Assembly: GCF_006345805.1 (NCBI RefSeq)
Contig: NC_043001.1
Location: forward strand, 45,632,001-45,696,000
DNA from: Octopus sinensis
Taxonomy: Eukaryota
Reading direction: 5' to 3'
DNA: 64,000 nt
The notes under the pieces are model-generated. The model ran no database searches. It had not been told where the DNA came from and was given only the letters and a program-made list of their open reading frames with translations. Made by a program: the position numbers and the translations under genes. Positions 1-13,900 of this stretch are shown here, one piece after another (the first letter of the stretch is position 1; each line of letters opens with the position of its first letter).

Positions 1-393
1 AGCATTTTGTTCTTCATTCTGTTAACTGAAATTGCGTGTTTTGGTGAAGTAAAAGCAAAAGAAACAGAAGGTGGTGGTGGTGGTGGTGTAATGTAGTTGA
101 TGGTGAAAGCTGCAGGCTAGAAACAGCTACAGTCTTGAATTATTTAACATCAATGTTTATATGACTTTGTTATTGACCTGACGCAAGTCACTGTTTCATG
201 ATGATGCTGTTCCATATGGAAACATGTTGTGAAATATATTGATTTATATGTATGAGAGATGGATGCAAAAATAATATTCTGACTTTGCACTTCCATTTCC
301 TCTTGAACAGAAATAAAAATCTTTGAATTGTTCAAGAATATGCTGAGTTCATTATTGAGATACAGTAGTTCTGAAGCAGACATTGTTATAAAT

Positions 394-402
394 ACTCTCT
401 CT

Positions 403-486
<84 letters not shown>
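394..486. repeat. (CT)n microsatellite
   Basis: Near-perfect ctct run; explains the spurious RERE ORF at 150..488. Confidence 0.97.
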
Positions 487-490
<4 letters not shown>

Positions 491-612
491 TTACATATAT
501 ATAAAATAGATAGATAATTAAGTGGATAAGTACTTCCTGGTGAACCTGAAAATTATTCTATCTTGCAATAACATATTATAGATAGATAGATATACATGTA
601 CACACACACATA

Positions 613-653
<41 letters not shown>

Positions 654-699
654 CATAGCTGTGTGGTTGCTTTCCAACCACATAGTTCCAGGTATGAGA

Positions 700-3425
700 C
701 TTTATTAATCAACAAGGAACCAGTGAAAATCAAACTGGATACAGGTGCATTGTGCAATATTTCCAAATAAATGTTCAAAGTTTGAATTTGAAGAATAAGG
801 AACTGTCAAGATCAAAAGGTGAAACTTGTGTCATACTTCGAAGAAAAGTGATTCCCACTTGGACAGCTAGCACTACCAGTATTAAGTGAAATCAGTGGCA
901 CTTCAGATGAAGTGCTATTCTAGGTTGTGGAAGAAAAACTTGTGAGAAATTGAAGTTGGTACAGCAAGTTCAAAACATTCAGAAAGTGAATACAGACATG
1001 GAAGAATATCCAGAGCTGTTCCAAGGACTCGGATGCATGCCAGAGAACATCACATAGAATTAGTGGACAAAATCACACCCGTAGTACACCTGCTGCGAAA
1101 AGTGCGTGCTGCTTTGATGGACAAGGTGCTAGCAGAACTTAATCAAATAACCAAGCTTGGAGTTGTCTCAGAGACATTCAACCCACAAACTGGGTTAATA
1201 GCATGGTAGTGAAACCAAACAAGACGAGGATCTGTATAGACCCAAAAGATCTTAATCATGCCATAAAAAGAGAACATTATCCCATGAGAACTGTTGAGGA
1301 AATTATGTCACAAATGCCAGGTACCAAGCTGTTCCCTGTTCTTGATGCAGAGTTTGGATTTTGGTAGATGCAACCTGATGTACCTTCAGTACTCTGTTCG
1401 GTAGATACCAATTCACTCGACTACTTTTCAGAATGAAGATGGCACTGGAAGTATTTCAGAGAACAATATCACAGATCCTTGAAGGTTTATCAGGCACAGA
1501 ATGTATTGTTGATAACATTTTGGTATGAGGTACAAATGTCAAGCAACATGATGAAAGACTGCATGCTGTTCTGGACAGAATACAGCCAAGTTGCCTGAAA
1601 CTGAATGCAAGGAAATGCAAGCTGAGAATGACAGAGGTCACATATGTAGGGCATCTTCTCACTGACATGGGACTGAAGCCAGATCCTGAAATGGTGAAAG
1701 CTATCTGAGAAATTCCAGAGTCTGAAAACAAAACAGATACTGTATGATACAGTATGTGGGAAAGTGCAGTGAAACTGCAACTCTACAAGAGTTATTGCCA
1801 AAGGACGTTGCATGGCACTGGGAAGAAAGGCAGCAAACATGTTTCAAGAATTTGAAACAAAGAGTGGCAGAGACTCCAGTACTACAGTACTTTGATGTTA
1901 CAAAGCCAATAACGTTATCAGTGGATGCAAGCTCCAAAGGGTTAGGAGCAGTGTTGATACAAGCTGACAAGCTTGTAGCATTCGCTTTGAGGTCACTGAC
2001 AAATGCACAAAAGAAGTGTGCACAGATTAAGAAAGAGATACTTGGTCTCCTACATGGATGTGAGAAGTTTCATCAGTGCATCTACAGGAAAAGTTCAAGT
2101 AGAAACTAATCACAAGCCCCTTGAAATCATATTTCAGAAACCTTTGTGTAGAGCTCTTCAGAGGTTGCAGAGAATGTTGCTGCATCTACAGAAGTATGAT
2201 TTTCAAGTTAGCTACAGACCCGGCAAAGAACTGATTGTTGCAGATGCCTTGAGCTGGGCATATCTTCAAGTCAGTAATGATTGGTTTGATGAAACCAAGT
2301 ATGATGCGGACCTAATATCATTACTGCCGATGACCTCAGGAAAGTCGAGCAAAATACCCACAACTCCAACAGCTGAAATCAGTAATTCTGTGTGGATGGC
2401 CAGAAAACAGAAATGATGTTCCAGCAAGTTTGAGAGACTTTTGGAATATTCGAGATGAACTGACTGTTGTTGATGACTTTATCTTCAAAGCTGACAAGGT
2501 TGTAGTTCCTGCACCACTACAAACAGAAATGTTGAACAGAATTTATGATGCTCATTTTGGAGTGACAAAGTGCATACTCAGAACCAAAGATAATATCTTC
2601 TGGCTAGCAATGACTGTACAAATTGAAGACTTTGTATCACGACGTTCTGTGTGCAGTAAGAACAGAAAGAGTAATCCAAACAACCATTGAAGAGCCATGG
2701 GCCAAAGTTGGAGCCGGCTTGCTTGTGTACAAGAACAATGACTACCTGGCGTATGTGGACTATTTCTCAAAGTACCCTGAAATTGTGAAATTGTCTGACC
2801 TAACAAGTAAAACAACAATCACAGCAATGCAATCTGTCTTTGCTAAACATAGCATCCCAGATGAGCTCATGACAGATAACAGACTGCAGTTTACAAGTAC
2901 AGTGTTCCATAACTTTGGTTTAGAATAGAACTTCAAACACACAACATCAAGTCTGACATGCCCACAATCAAACGGACAAGCTAAGTGTAAAGTTCAGACA
3001 GTAAGAAATCTGCTCGAGAAAACAGAAGCTAGTGGCCAAGATGTCTACTTAGCTCTACTGGGGTACAAAAATATACCAGTTGATATGGTCAATCTATCAC
3101 CAGCTCAAATGCTAATGAGCAGGCACCTGAAGAGCCACTTACCTGTGTCCAATGCCTTGCTGAAACCTCAGGTACAGGACCAGAAACAACTACATGATCA
3201 GCTGAAAGCATGTCAAGCACAACAAAATTACTACTACGACAGAGGTAGTAGAGAGTTACCTCCTTTGACTCCTGGACAGCAAGCCAGGATTCAAGAAAAC
3301 TGGTCGTGGAAGTCTGGAGTTTTCAAATCAGTTGATAATTTGGGTTCCAAATATTGCCAGGACTTGGATTTTGTGTGTATATTAACTACAGTAATACCTC
3401 TTGCAATGTTTATGAAGAAGGGAAA
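700..3425 (+). mobile_element. Decayed Ty3/Gypsy LTR retrotransposon pol (protease-RT-RNase H-integrase) with frameshifts and stops
   Basis: Aspartic protease KIKLDTGA (~725-750); RT-like RICIDPKDLN; RNase H LSVDASSKGLGAVL and ETNHKPL; integrase zinc-finger and core (HFGVTKC, VDYFSKYPE, IPDELMTDN..QFTS). PR-RT-RH-IN order is typical of Gypsy. Confidence 0.93.
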
Positions 3426-3610
3426 TGTAATGAGTGACTTTACATTAAGCTGTGCACACAATGTATGACATCACGAGTTTGTAATGTATGACAAAATAAA
3501 AACACATAGTAATGGCTGTGCCCTGTGTTATTTACACATGGGTTCATACAATATGCATACAAACACAGTTCAGTTACCAGACATATTAACACTGAGACAA
3601 AAGTATCACA
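3426..3610 (+). mobile_element. Putative 3' LTR of the Gypsy element
   Basis: Polypurine tract gaagaagggaaa (3414-3425) directly followed by TGTAAT; internal AATAAA near 3495; imperfect inverted end ...ATCACA at 3610. The right boundary is approximate. Confidence 0.6.
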
Positions 3611-3934
3611 CACACACAGACATGCAATCACACGCAAGAAAAGAGGTCTGTAAAAAGTAAATAAAAAAACTTGTGAGTGGATATATACAATTTAATTATT
3701 AGAAAATTTGGCTGTGAGAGAAATATGAGAATATAAACATGCTCCTTCTATGCTTTTAATGTGTGGAAAAAAGAAAGGGGGGGTCTCTCCTCAGAGAAGA
3801 TATATCAGGTTTCCTTCCCCAATCAGGAGAATATTTAACAGATTTATGAAGCAGTCATAAATTAGGCTACCACCATAATGGATAGTTTAATTTGCACACT
3901 TGTACTTTAGACAACTCATCATTAATTAAACAAG

Positions 3935-4260
3935 AATGGCTGTATAGTAAAAAGTTTGGCTTCCCAGCCACATGGTTTCAAGTTCAGTCTCACTGCATGA
4001 CACCTTGGGTAAGTGTTTTCTAGTGTAGCCCTTGGCTATCCAAAGCTTTGTGAGTGAATTTGCTAGATGGAAACTGAAAGAAGCCCATTGTATATACATG
4101 TGTATGTGTTACTGTCTCCTTAACTTGAAGCCACAGAATAGTTGTAAATTAGAGCCACTGTCATGCAAACAATGTCCTTCATTTCCGATCTTCTGTGAAG
4201 ACGTTTCATTATTGGAAAATATTACCTTACTTGGAAACAAGTAAGTGTTGGTGACAGGAT
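3935..4260 (+). mobile_element. tRNA-derived SINE, family A, RTE-tail variant
   Basis: Head ggctgtatagt...ggtttcaagttcagtctcactgcatgacaccttggg is shared with many copies in the window. Confidence 0.75.
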
Positions 4261-4839
4261 CTTAAGTTGAGCCTCTACTTCTTTAATCTTTCCAATCCAA
4301 GAGGTCCTACATAGACCATGGTGAATTTGAATTATTTTAAAGATGACACATCACTTAGCCTCTGGTCAATGTTGACAGAGCAGGTCAGTAATCAAAGATA
4401 TTCCAGCTGTGACCATGTTGTATTACATTAGAACTACATTGGCCAATGTGTCCTTTTATTAAAATGGTAAAATGTGATTTGAGCAAATTTGGTTACTATT
4501 TTTTGCAGACACATTGACACTCTCTCATTGGCACCCTAATCATGTCGTTGTTGGGTCCCTATTCAACCCTGGTTAAGCAGACCTAGGATCAAAAGCATTC
4601 CATCTGTGACCGTCCCATTTTTTACCTATGTACAAAGAACCCAGGACAACATTATCCAACATATCCTCTGGTACCAAAATGGAAGTAGGAATATCATCAA
4701 AGTTGTTGCTAGCATTGGTGTTATTATTGTAAAAAATGCTCTGGAAAAATGCTATACGAAATATTAAGGTTGGTCATTCTTCAGACCTCATTGTGTTTTA
4801 ATTTTGAGGTTTACTTCAATTTATTGAAACAAAGCAGTT

Positions 4840-5545
4840 CTGTGAAGGGATCTGACTGAAACTAAGTAGTCATATAAAAGTGTTGGGCTTTACATGAATT
4901 GAACAAGCTATAAGGAAGTGTAGGGCTCTATCTAGAAGTGTTATGGAGTGGAGGGATCTGACTGAAATGAAGCAGTCAAAGTGCAGATAAGTGTAAGGCT
5001 CTGTCTAAAATGAGAAGTGTAGGGCTCTGTCTGAAGTAAAGTAGTGATGTGGAAGTTTTGAGCTCTGTTTGAAAGGAAGCATTTATGTTGATGTATAATG
5101 AAGGGAAGATCTGTGACATGAAGCAATCACCTTTAAGTGAAGGGAAATGAAGGGCTCTGTCTTAATTGAAGCAGTTACATGAAAGTGTGGTGAAGTGGAG
5201 GGCTCTGTAAGTGTAGTAAAGTGAATGGCTTTATTTGAAATAAACCAATCATGAGGAAGCAAAGAGCTCTCTCTGAAATGAAGTCATTTTTTTGTAAGTG
5301 TACTGAAGTGATGGGCTTCAATTCATTGAAAGGTATCATGAGGCAGTGTTATGTGGTGAAGGTTCTTGTTTAAAATGTGGCAGCTGTCAAGTGCATGTGT
5401 AGTGAAATAATGGATAATCTCTGAAATGAAGCAGTCATATAAAGTTTAGTGTAGTGAGAGGCAGTAAGTAGGCTTATGGAGCAGAGGTAAATAAACAATA
5501 CAAAGCTTGGCAGTGTAAGAGTTGGATGTAAAGAGCTCTGCGGTG
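4840..5545. repeat. Degenerate minisatellite, core approximately GGGCTCTGTCTGAAATGAAGCAGT
   Basis: More than ten diverged, irregularly spaced copies are visible by eye. Confidence 0.7.
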
Positions 5546-7739
5546 CAGAAAATAATTTTATTATTTGTTATCTCATTCAAATCTCAACAAAGTTAGATTT
5601 CCTATTCATCCTTTCTAGCCCTGTCTGAACAATCATTGTACGATGATAAAATTTGATATGTAACTGTAACTGCTTCAGCTTGCACTTTGCATGTTTAGTC
5701 AGCCTCCTCTGAGGTTGCCCTAAATAATTGAACCCATTACTTCCCGTCAGTTGCCAACTCACTGCAAAATAGAAGCTACTATCTGTTCCATAGCCAAAGG
5801 CCAAAAGCATTAAGGCCAGTTAAAGCTGCCTGGACTCGATAATATTCAGTCAGGGTTTGAGTTATCCTCCATGTCAACACCACCATTACTGGTATGGACA
5901 TGGATGGGGATTAATGGTAGCACTTGTTAGTGTGTCGACCAGTCAACAACTGATGTAGTTAACCATCTGAAAATATAAACATATCACATTGAAAACCTCT
6001 AATGAACATGCAATGGTGATATATATTTGAGTATGTATCTATGTATTTTCTTGTTTCTATTCCTTTCTACATATAGACAACCATATTCATACACATACAC
6101 TAAATATGTATATAAATTTATATATATATGTACGTAAAACATATGCATTTATACACATGCTATGCATTCGTACTCACACTCACATATGTGTGCATCTACA
6201 TATATACATGACTATCTTGTTGATGCTGCCTAAAATACATTGAAAGATTCTTCTCAGTTGGAAATCAACTCTTTATTTGTTAGAGATTTTACAAATAAAA
6301 CCAGAAGATCACACACACAATCAAATCTTTCAACTTTAGGCAATGTTGGCATGCCTAAGTATAATGAGCTCATTGTTTTTTAATGGCAAGCAGAAGAAGG
6401 CGTCAACCTCTTTAAATGACACATGAAATAGCATTATGTAATTTGGCATTAACACAATGTACTTCATTCACTTTTAATATTAAAGATAATTTGATTATGA
6501 CTAATTCCCCTAACACTATTCTGAATAAAATGTCATCCTGAAAACATTACATTGATGTTAGAAGTCACCTGTAACAACTTCTCTGATCAGTCAAACCAAT
6601 GCAGGAGCTTCTGTATAATCACTCAACGTCCTTTGACCTATACAAAAACTCTTTACTACTCTAAAATGGAAACCAAGAGCTAATTAAGAAACTCAGTACA
6701 AGTCAACAAGGAAGCTTCCAGATGGTAATTCAGCCTGCTAAAAATAGAAGTTAAATCTTTCTCTGCTCACGCCCTACCATCTTAAACAGGACGGACACAT
6801 TAAATAATATAGTTTTCTGGTACAGTTTCATAGCTCTGCTGTATTAGAACTGACTTGAGGCTGAGCAATAACAACAACAGTAATATAGTCTTAGAATACC
6901 TTTCATCATGGATCAACTTGATTATAGTTGAGGATGGGATTGACAACTTACTCAGTATAATGTCCAAATCTTTAAAATTAGAAGCACCCAATCCAATAAA
7001 GTAGCTTCTATGTAATAGTGCCATATTCTAATTTAGTCTCTAAAGCTCCCACAACAAAGTTACCTATTTAGAATGGAGACCACTTGAACAAATGTACTGT
7101 TTTCAGTGGCATGTATGATGTGCTTTCTGTTTTTAAAAAATGTCTCAGAAAAAATTAACCCCAGCCAGATCCTATATGCAAAAGCTTTAACTCACTATAA
7201 TCTTTATCTTCTGATCATGCATTGCTGAACTTGGGGTACATTTAATGTGCCAGTGCATCTTGTACACCATCAAATACAGTAGTTTGGGGGGATTTTTTTT
7301 AACTGCCTAATGTAATCTCAGTAATGACAAAAAAGCTTAGAGCTAACCACAGTTATTCAACAACTCTTTGTAATTCCTATATTTCTTATTCATGAAATTG
7401 ATTAGAAGTTTTACAGCAGTATCCTTCCTGTTTGTGCTACCATTTCCATTGTTCACAATCAAGAACAACTGGTTAGTTGTTAACCCTTCCTCCCCAGTGA
7501 CCCTTTGCTTATTAAAGAAAATCAATATAACTTATCAGGCTTGTGAAGTAAAGTTGAAGTTTTTTTGGTCAGTTTTCTAGCTATGGACATTCGGCATTTG
7601 TGTGGGACATGTTATCCACTTCTACTGCCTCTACTACCACCCATCCTACTGTGTTTACTGGGATATACCTGCTACTTTTACAATGGACTCTACTTCCCAG
7701 AACTTAACTTAATGCTTGTCCACTAGATGAACCTGCTTT

Positions 7740-8096
7740 TGGAGTGCAAAATCATCTCCCTCCGATAAGTCATCCTAACGAGACGTCTGTGTTGGCTGGG
7801 TCATGCCCTCCATCGTCAACCAGGAGAATTCATCTACGAAGCAATTGCCCCAGCTCCCCTTCAGGATTTGCGAAAGCGATGTGGTGGACAACAAAAAAAC
7901 CTGGTTGATGACAGTCAAGCCTAGGCCCCCATATCTATGGCGTTTGCTGCTGGAATAAGGAGTGGTTGGAGATCACGCGGTCGTTAGCCTCAAATCGTCG
8001 GGTCTGGTCGGTGTTTGTGAGAGATGCAGCATTGAGGATGAATGAAGCCAGCTCAACCACCCCGGGTGAATGCTGTCTCAAGACAAGACAAGACAA
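7740..8096 (+). mobile_element. 5'-truncated RTE-clade LINE with (CAAGA)n tail and 11-bp TSD
   Basis: Translates to RRLCWLGHALHR...RKRCGGQQKTW...WNKEW (RTE C-terminus). TSD gaacctgcttt at 7729-7739 and 8097-8107. Confidence 0.88.
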
Positions 8097-10729
8097 GAAC
8101 CTGCTTTCCTATTCATTTCACTCTGTCTCATTGCCTTTGTTCCTGCATCCTCATCTTTAGTTTTGTTAATCTACTAATTCTTTTATCAATCACATTAATC
8201 TACAAGGACTAGTGATTACCTCCAATTTCCACAATGCTAAAGGAATGGGAGACTGCTCAGTTATAAACATCTTTCCAAAAGAATTGGACATGTTACTGCA
8301 AGCTAACAAATCGCTTGTCAAATCAACAGTGCTACCTTTGCTTGGAGCCACTATCTTGTTTCTAACTGACAGTGCCTGTGTACAGTCAGCTATACATAGA
8401 TTTATAATGAAGAGATACAAATTGCCAACCTCTCACCTTGTTGCCTCTATACATTCATCCATTTGTGCTGTTCCCATACATTCATCCATGTGGGCAATAC
8501 TTTAATCAGTCAAAACATGTAAATTGCTTTAATTTCTTACTTATTACTAATATCCCAATGTAAGAAAGACTTGGAATACTTACATTTACTGTGCAGTCTA
8601 ACAAAGAAAAAAAGGAAAATAATTGGAACTTAGTAAATGACAAGTATAGGCAAGGATAGTCTCAAGAATTATTCTGAATTGGTTAGAAAATGTTTCAAAT
8701 TCTCTTGTTGACACAAATCCACAAATTTGTAGAAGAAAAGTACGTATAATCCTTTGAATCTATGGTAAGACTTCTCTGAAATTTATTTTTATCAACTCTT
8801 AGAATGATAAATTACAAAACCAACTCTGACTAGATTTGATCTTGGAATATAGAATAACATTTAGTTTGATCTATTGTTTTTCCCAATCTATTGTCTTCTA
8901 TATAACGTAGACATCTGTTGTTGTTCACTGAGGAAGGACATGCAATATTAGTTTCTATTTTTCTTTTTTATCTTTGAGGGAAGGCAGTACTCTTGACCCT
9001 TTACAGGGACTTCAAAACTGGCAGGAGAGAGAGAGGGAGGTATCTGCAAAATGGATACCTGGCCCAAATGCTTGCAGCATAATGAACTCTGCATAAGAAA
9101 ATAAGGTGCCAGTTGGTGGTGTTAAACTGGGCAATTGTTAATTCTACCACTCAAGTAGGCCATAGCAAAAATGAATATAATTGTGTTTAGAAGAGGTGAA
9201 TTGGACAGCACACATGCACATACATGTGTACACATAATATTAATAGGGATTTATACTGATTGAAGAAGTGTGATGAGTTAGGATTGTAGAGTTTCCTACA
9301 GTAGTAGTAGTAATTAGACTAAAAGAATTTTCAGATAAAGTTGCTCTTTAAGGGTTTGAAAGCAAGGCAGCAAGACACTAAACTTGTTATATGTAGAGCT
9401 TAATTATTTGTGCCAAGTCACTTTATTTGTAAACATCATATGTCTTTCATTTATATTTCCTGTCCACAAGTGTAATCAGTTTATTAAAGAAAATATTTGA
9501 CTTTAAAATCAAAGATAACCATTTGAAGCTACATTATCTTTACAGCTGGTGAAGAGTCTCTATGTCAGTTGCTTTATTTGCAGGATAGCTGAAGTCCTAA
9601 ATTTCTAGGATGATATACTCCATACTAGTATAGAATGTCTATAGTTACAAAGCTGACCAAACGACTCTAATCTTACTTCACAAGCCAGGCAATGTTCATT
9701 TGTCTGGTGATATTGATTTCTTCTTTAATAATAAAAGGGTTAAAAAGAAGTGGGTGTGGTCAAACTATGGCTACTAATAATATTGATTTCCTAAATTGAC
9801 TCAATGACAAATTTTAGGGGGAGGTTACAACCAACTGAATTTACTCCCAATACATGACTAGTACTTTTTTTTTAAGCCAGGAGTTAATGTAATTAAATAT
9901 TGAATGGCACTTACTGGTTCTCTATTGTGTCTGCTAATCCACCTCCATACTTTAGTAGTGGTAGTAGTAGTATCAAATACAATAATAATGATGATGGTGG
10001 CAGTGATTTCTTTTAACTAGGACCAAGGCTAATTTTATAAGATTGTCAAGTATTGCAATGGGGTTTATAGTTAAAATCTTATATACTTTTATAACTAGAC
10101 ACAAAACAGTTTGTAGAGGGGCATATACAATAAATCATATCAAATCCAGTATATTGGATAAGGTATTAAACTAAGTATCACATACTTAAGGGTGGTAGAT
10201 TGGTTGAATCATTAGAGTATTACATTCCAAGTTTAAATCTTGCCACAGCCAAGTTTGCCTTTCATGCTCCTAAAATCAATAAAATAATGTACCAGTCAAC
10301 TAACTCCCTCCCTTCAAAATCGCCCACCTTGTACCTAAATTAGAAACAATTATTATTATTACATGTATGCATAATTATAACATCATCTTCATTACTTTAC
10401 CTCTTGATAATAGCTTACTGCAAATGGTGGGTGAAAAATTGCAATCAACTAGACATTTTTTTCGCCCAGATGCATGATCAAAGCTGTTGCAAATATGACC
10501 ATCTTGATTTTTGTATATGTAGGACTGCACTGGTAGGGTGTGATTTGTGAGAGATTAGGTTGCTATTTCTAGCATGGTAAAAAGTCATGTAAAAGTGTCC
10601 TTGTTGGCTCATCTGCTTGTACATGGAAAGTACCAAGTAAGCCAAAAGGTGGTGAAATTATATCCTAAGATGTTGAACCTCACAAATAAACAGACAAAGG
10701 ATCAATATAAGAGAGACAATATAAAAAAA

Positions 10730-10842
10730 AATTGGCACTCTGTCGGTTATGACAATGAGTATTTTGCTGAAGGACCACTAGGAATCAAACTCACGACCCT
10801 ACAACCATGATCCGAATACCCTAACCACTAAACCAGGTGCCT
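10730..10842 (-). mobile_element. Short tRNA-headed SINE fragment
   Basis: Reverse complement ggcacctggtttagtggttaggg...gtgagtttgattcc has A-box and B-box-like motifs. Confidence 0.55.
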
Positions 10843-12039
10843 TTTTTTGAGAGACTGTGTACTGTACCAAAAACCTACCTAAATAAAACCAGAATGTTAA
10901 AAAAGGAACAAATGATGCTGGTGATTTATAAATCTAACATTGTTGTACTCTAGATAATTCCAACATTCTGCAATACATTGGATTTTTTTTCTTAATGTAC
11001 AAAAGAACTTCTTTGTAATTTTTGGTAGGATAGTAGTATTGTGGTGGATATCTAGACCAGATTATATTGGATAGAAAGATTGAAGAATGTAATGCATCAA
11101 AAGCCAAAAAAAAAAAACAAGAAACAATGAATTAATTTAACATGCCAAGTGAGTGTCTCATTTTTCTGTGTTTCCATTACATCTGCATTGATAAACTGCA
11201 ATGACCAATAAGGGTACCTCTATGTAAGTGTTTCCCAACCTTTTATTAGTTCAAAACCCCTCCTTAAGCAGGTGAAGTTTAATTTGAATTCCTTGCAACT
11301 TGTGAAATTAATTTTAGCGCCCCAGGTTCAGAATACTGCTCTATGTGGTTACTCATCCTACTAGAAATAGCAGTCAAATCTCAAGTTTTGGAGTAGAAAC
11401 AATAAATTGGTCACATTCTTTTACATTATGAATTCATATCCCACCCAGATTTACTTTTCCTTTCTTCAAATAAAAGCCTACAGATACAAGGATCAACATT
11501 ATCAGCTATTACTTTAATGATAATACTCCAGCTTAGTCGTATTTTAAGGATTGAAACTAGTAAAAGAATGTCATCTAAAGCCTTAGGAGTTCTTGTGAAC
11601 TGATATTTAACTTCAGTTTAAAGATGTAATGTTTATGAGAAAGAAATCTTCACTTGAAAACTAGTTTATCACTATCTATAATTTCCCAAATCCCAATTGT
11701 TGACAACTTGATAATTTGATGCAATGTAGAAAGGAAAAAAGTGTTCTGCTCTGAAACATTCTGAAATATGTTCCCAGATTTGAACTTGGTACAATTGTTT
11801 TCTCTCTGAATGTCTGCTACAACTACTATTGCTACTATTGTTACTGCACCCTTTTTATCTATGGGGTGGAGTAGTGCATGCGACTGGGTAGAAACAATTG
11901 AAAATGTGAAATGAATTGGCAGATCACTTTAGACAATTAGTTTTTTGATTAAGTAGACAATGTAAGATTGCGTCAAAGTAAGACAGGCTAGTGATATCTG
12001 GCTCAGGCAACAATTGATTATCTCCAGGTTATTTAGCAA

Positions 12040-12310
12040 TACCACCATCACCATCCACATTATCACCATCATTTGTTATTACTTTCTTCATTACCATCAT
12101 TATCATTATTACTTTCTTCATTACCATCATCATCATAAGCATCATCTTTGTCATCATTACAATCACTGTCATAACTTTCATTGTCTTCATCAATTTCATA
12201 ACTTCTAAGACCATCAACATCACCATTATCATCATCGTCATCATCTTTTAGTATTAATGTAATCATTCTTACAATATTCAAAATCATAATGACAATAATA
12301 ATCAACAGCA
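12040..12310. repeat. (CAT)n-rich low-complexity tract
   Basis: Degenerate cat/tat triplets; source of the His-, Met- and Asp-rich spurious ORFs. Confidence 0.9.
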
Positions 12311-13077
12311 GCATTGATTTTTCATTTCTTTTTTCTCTTTAATTAGACTCTTTCACAATAGTTGCCATAGCAACTCCACCTACTACTTCAACAATGACAC
12401 TCTCACAAATCAACAAGGTAGCCTCTATGTGGTCTCTCAACATGCTAGAAATAACACCCAAATTTCCCTGAAATCACACTCTGCTTTATACAAGGCCCAG
12501 ACACATTAGATAACATAGTCCCACTTACACCAAAAAAGGCAGGGATAGTATGGCTGGAATGCAGTTTTCTCATAGGTTTGGTTAATCAATTTTGGCTTGG
12601 AGCTGAACCACAACAATGACATTTGGTTTTACTGGTTCTTCTTTTTATGACTGAAATATTTAAATTGATTAAATGTTAGATGAGCTCCCGCTTCCTTTTT
12701 CAGTTATTTATGAGGTGACTATACCTTCATGCTACCCTATTTTCTTGCTAAAAAGATATTTTTTAAATGCAATATGAAAGGTTCTTAAACCCCAAATATA
12801 AGACAAACAGTGAAGAGAAAGCTTTAACTTGTATCCTGCACATGTAATGGTTGAAATTAGTATTAAGGTATAGAAGAGGCATGGACACTATATGTATATA
12901 TATATACAAGCCAACTTCTTTGTGGTCACTTGACTTGCTAAAAATAGCACCCAATTCTCCCTCAAATCAACTACGCATCTTAAATAAAGAAGGATACTTT
13001 GGATGTTTTTGTTGTTGTAAAGCTACTTAACTAGAGCTGGCTTAGAATTTAAACAGCAACAAAATATATCTATGATG

Positions 13078-13300
13078 TATGTGTGCGGTCTAGTCAAAAA
13101 GAATGCTAATTTCTATTTTAGAGTCATTTCTTTTGAAATAGTTCCCACTACCATTGGTACACCACTCTCAATGTTTTTTCTATCTCTGAAACATATTCTC
13201 GTATGCATTTTTAGGTGTGGTGTACAATTCTCGCAGCATATTTTCTTTTGTCTCTTTTATCATCTGAAATTGCTGAACTTTTAGTTCAAAGGAACTTTCC
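13078..13300 (-). mobile_element. Tc1/mariner transposon 3'-end remnant
   Basis: Minus strand reads ...EWCTNGSGNYFK, resembling the mariner C-terminal W..C....G.YFE motif, next to a TIR-like end. Confidence 0.5.
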
Positions 13301-13329
13301 AGGTATAAGGAAGTCTCCAAAATATAACA

Positions 13330-13900
13330 ACTGATGTGACCAATTGTTCAGCATGATGACAGTCACTAACAAAGCCTACTCTGCATTGAGCAATAATTGT
13401 GAGATGGACAGAATATATCCATAAATCTCCTCTTTGGTCTTCTGTTTACACCATGAGATGTTTTGAGCCCTCTTGCAAAGTCTAGTGTTGGTGCCATCAA
13501 TGCGACCTGGAACTCTTTTTTCATAGTCCAGATCTCAGCTCTATAGAGAAGAATGCTCTCTGCACTAAAGAAGGTAAATCTTAGTGACTTTAAAATACAT
13601 GATTGTCAGATGTTTTGGAAGCTTGTTACAGGCACTTAAAGTTGGTCCCTTGCATGTAAGGAAGTTTTTCTTACTGCCAACAACATAGGTTCCAAGGTCT
13701 TGAAATCACTAACTTTCTTGAGCTGTGTGCCATTGTTGGAACAAATTAGCTGGTAGCTTTCATTTTCATTGATGGTCATGTATTCAGTTTGCTTTGACCG
13801 AGAAACAACTCAACCTTGGCTGAAGCATTCCTAAGAGTTGTTAACATGTTTTGTGTACCACAGTTGTTGAAGTGTGAAAGCTGCCAGATACTCAGTGCAA
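13330..13900 (-). mobile_element. Decayed RTE-type LINE RT fragment
   Basis: Minus strand AESILLYRAEIWT...IDG.NTRL...AQNISW...TKEEIYG matches the RTE post-RT motif (LLYGAETWT). Confidence 0.7.

Noticed and set aside
150-488. 112-aa RE-repeat ORF
   Set aside because: Translation of a (CT)n microsatellite.
4840-5545. Repeat-spacer pattern as a CRISPR array
   Set aside because: Eukaryotic context, highly diverged repeats, related spacers, no cas genes.
12014-12314. His-, Met- and Asp-rich ORFs
   Set aside because: Products of (CAT)n low-complexity sequence.
12347-12417. Possible exon ttag|ACTCTTTC...AACAAG|gtagcc
   Set aside because: Ends in the wrong phase, has a weak donor, no SmgGDS similarity, and runs into a repeat.
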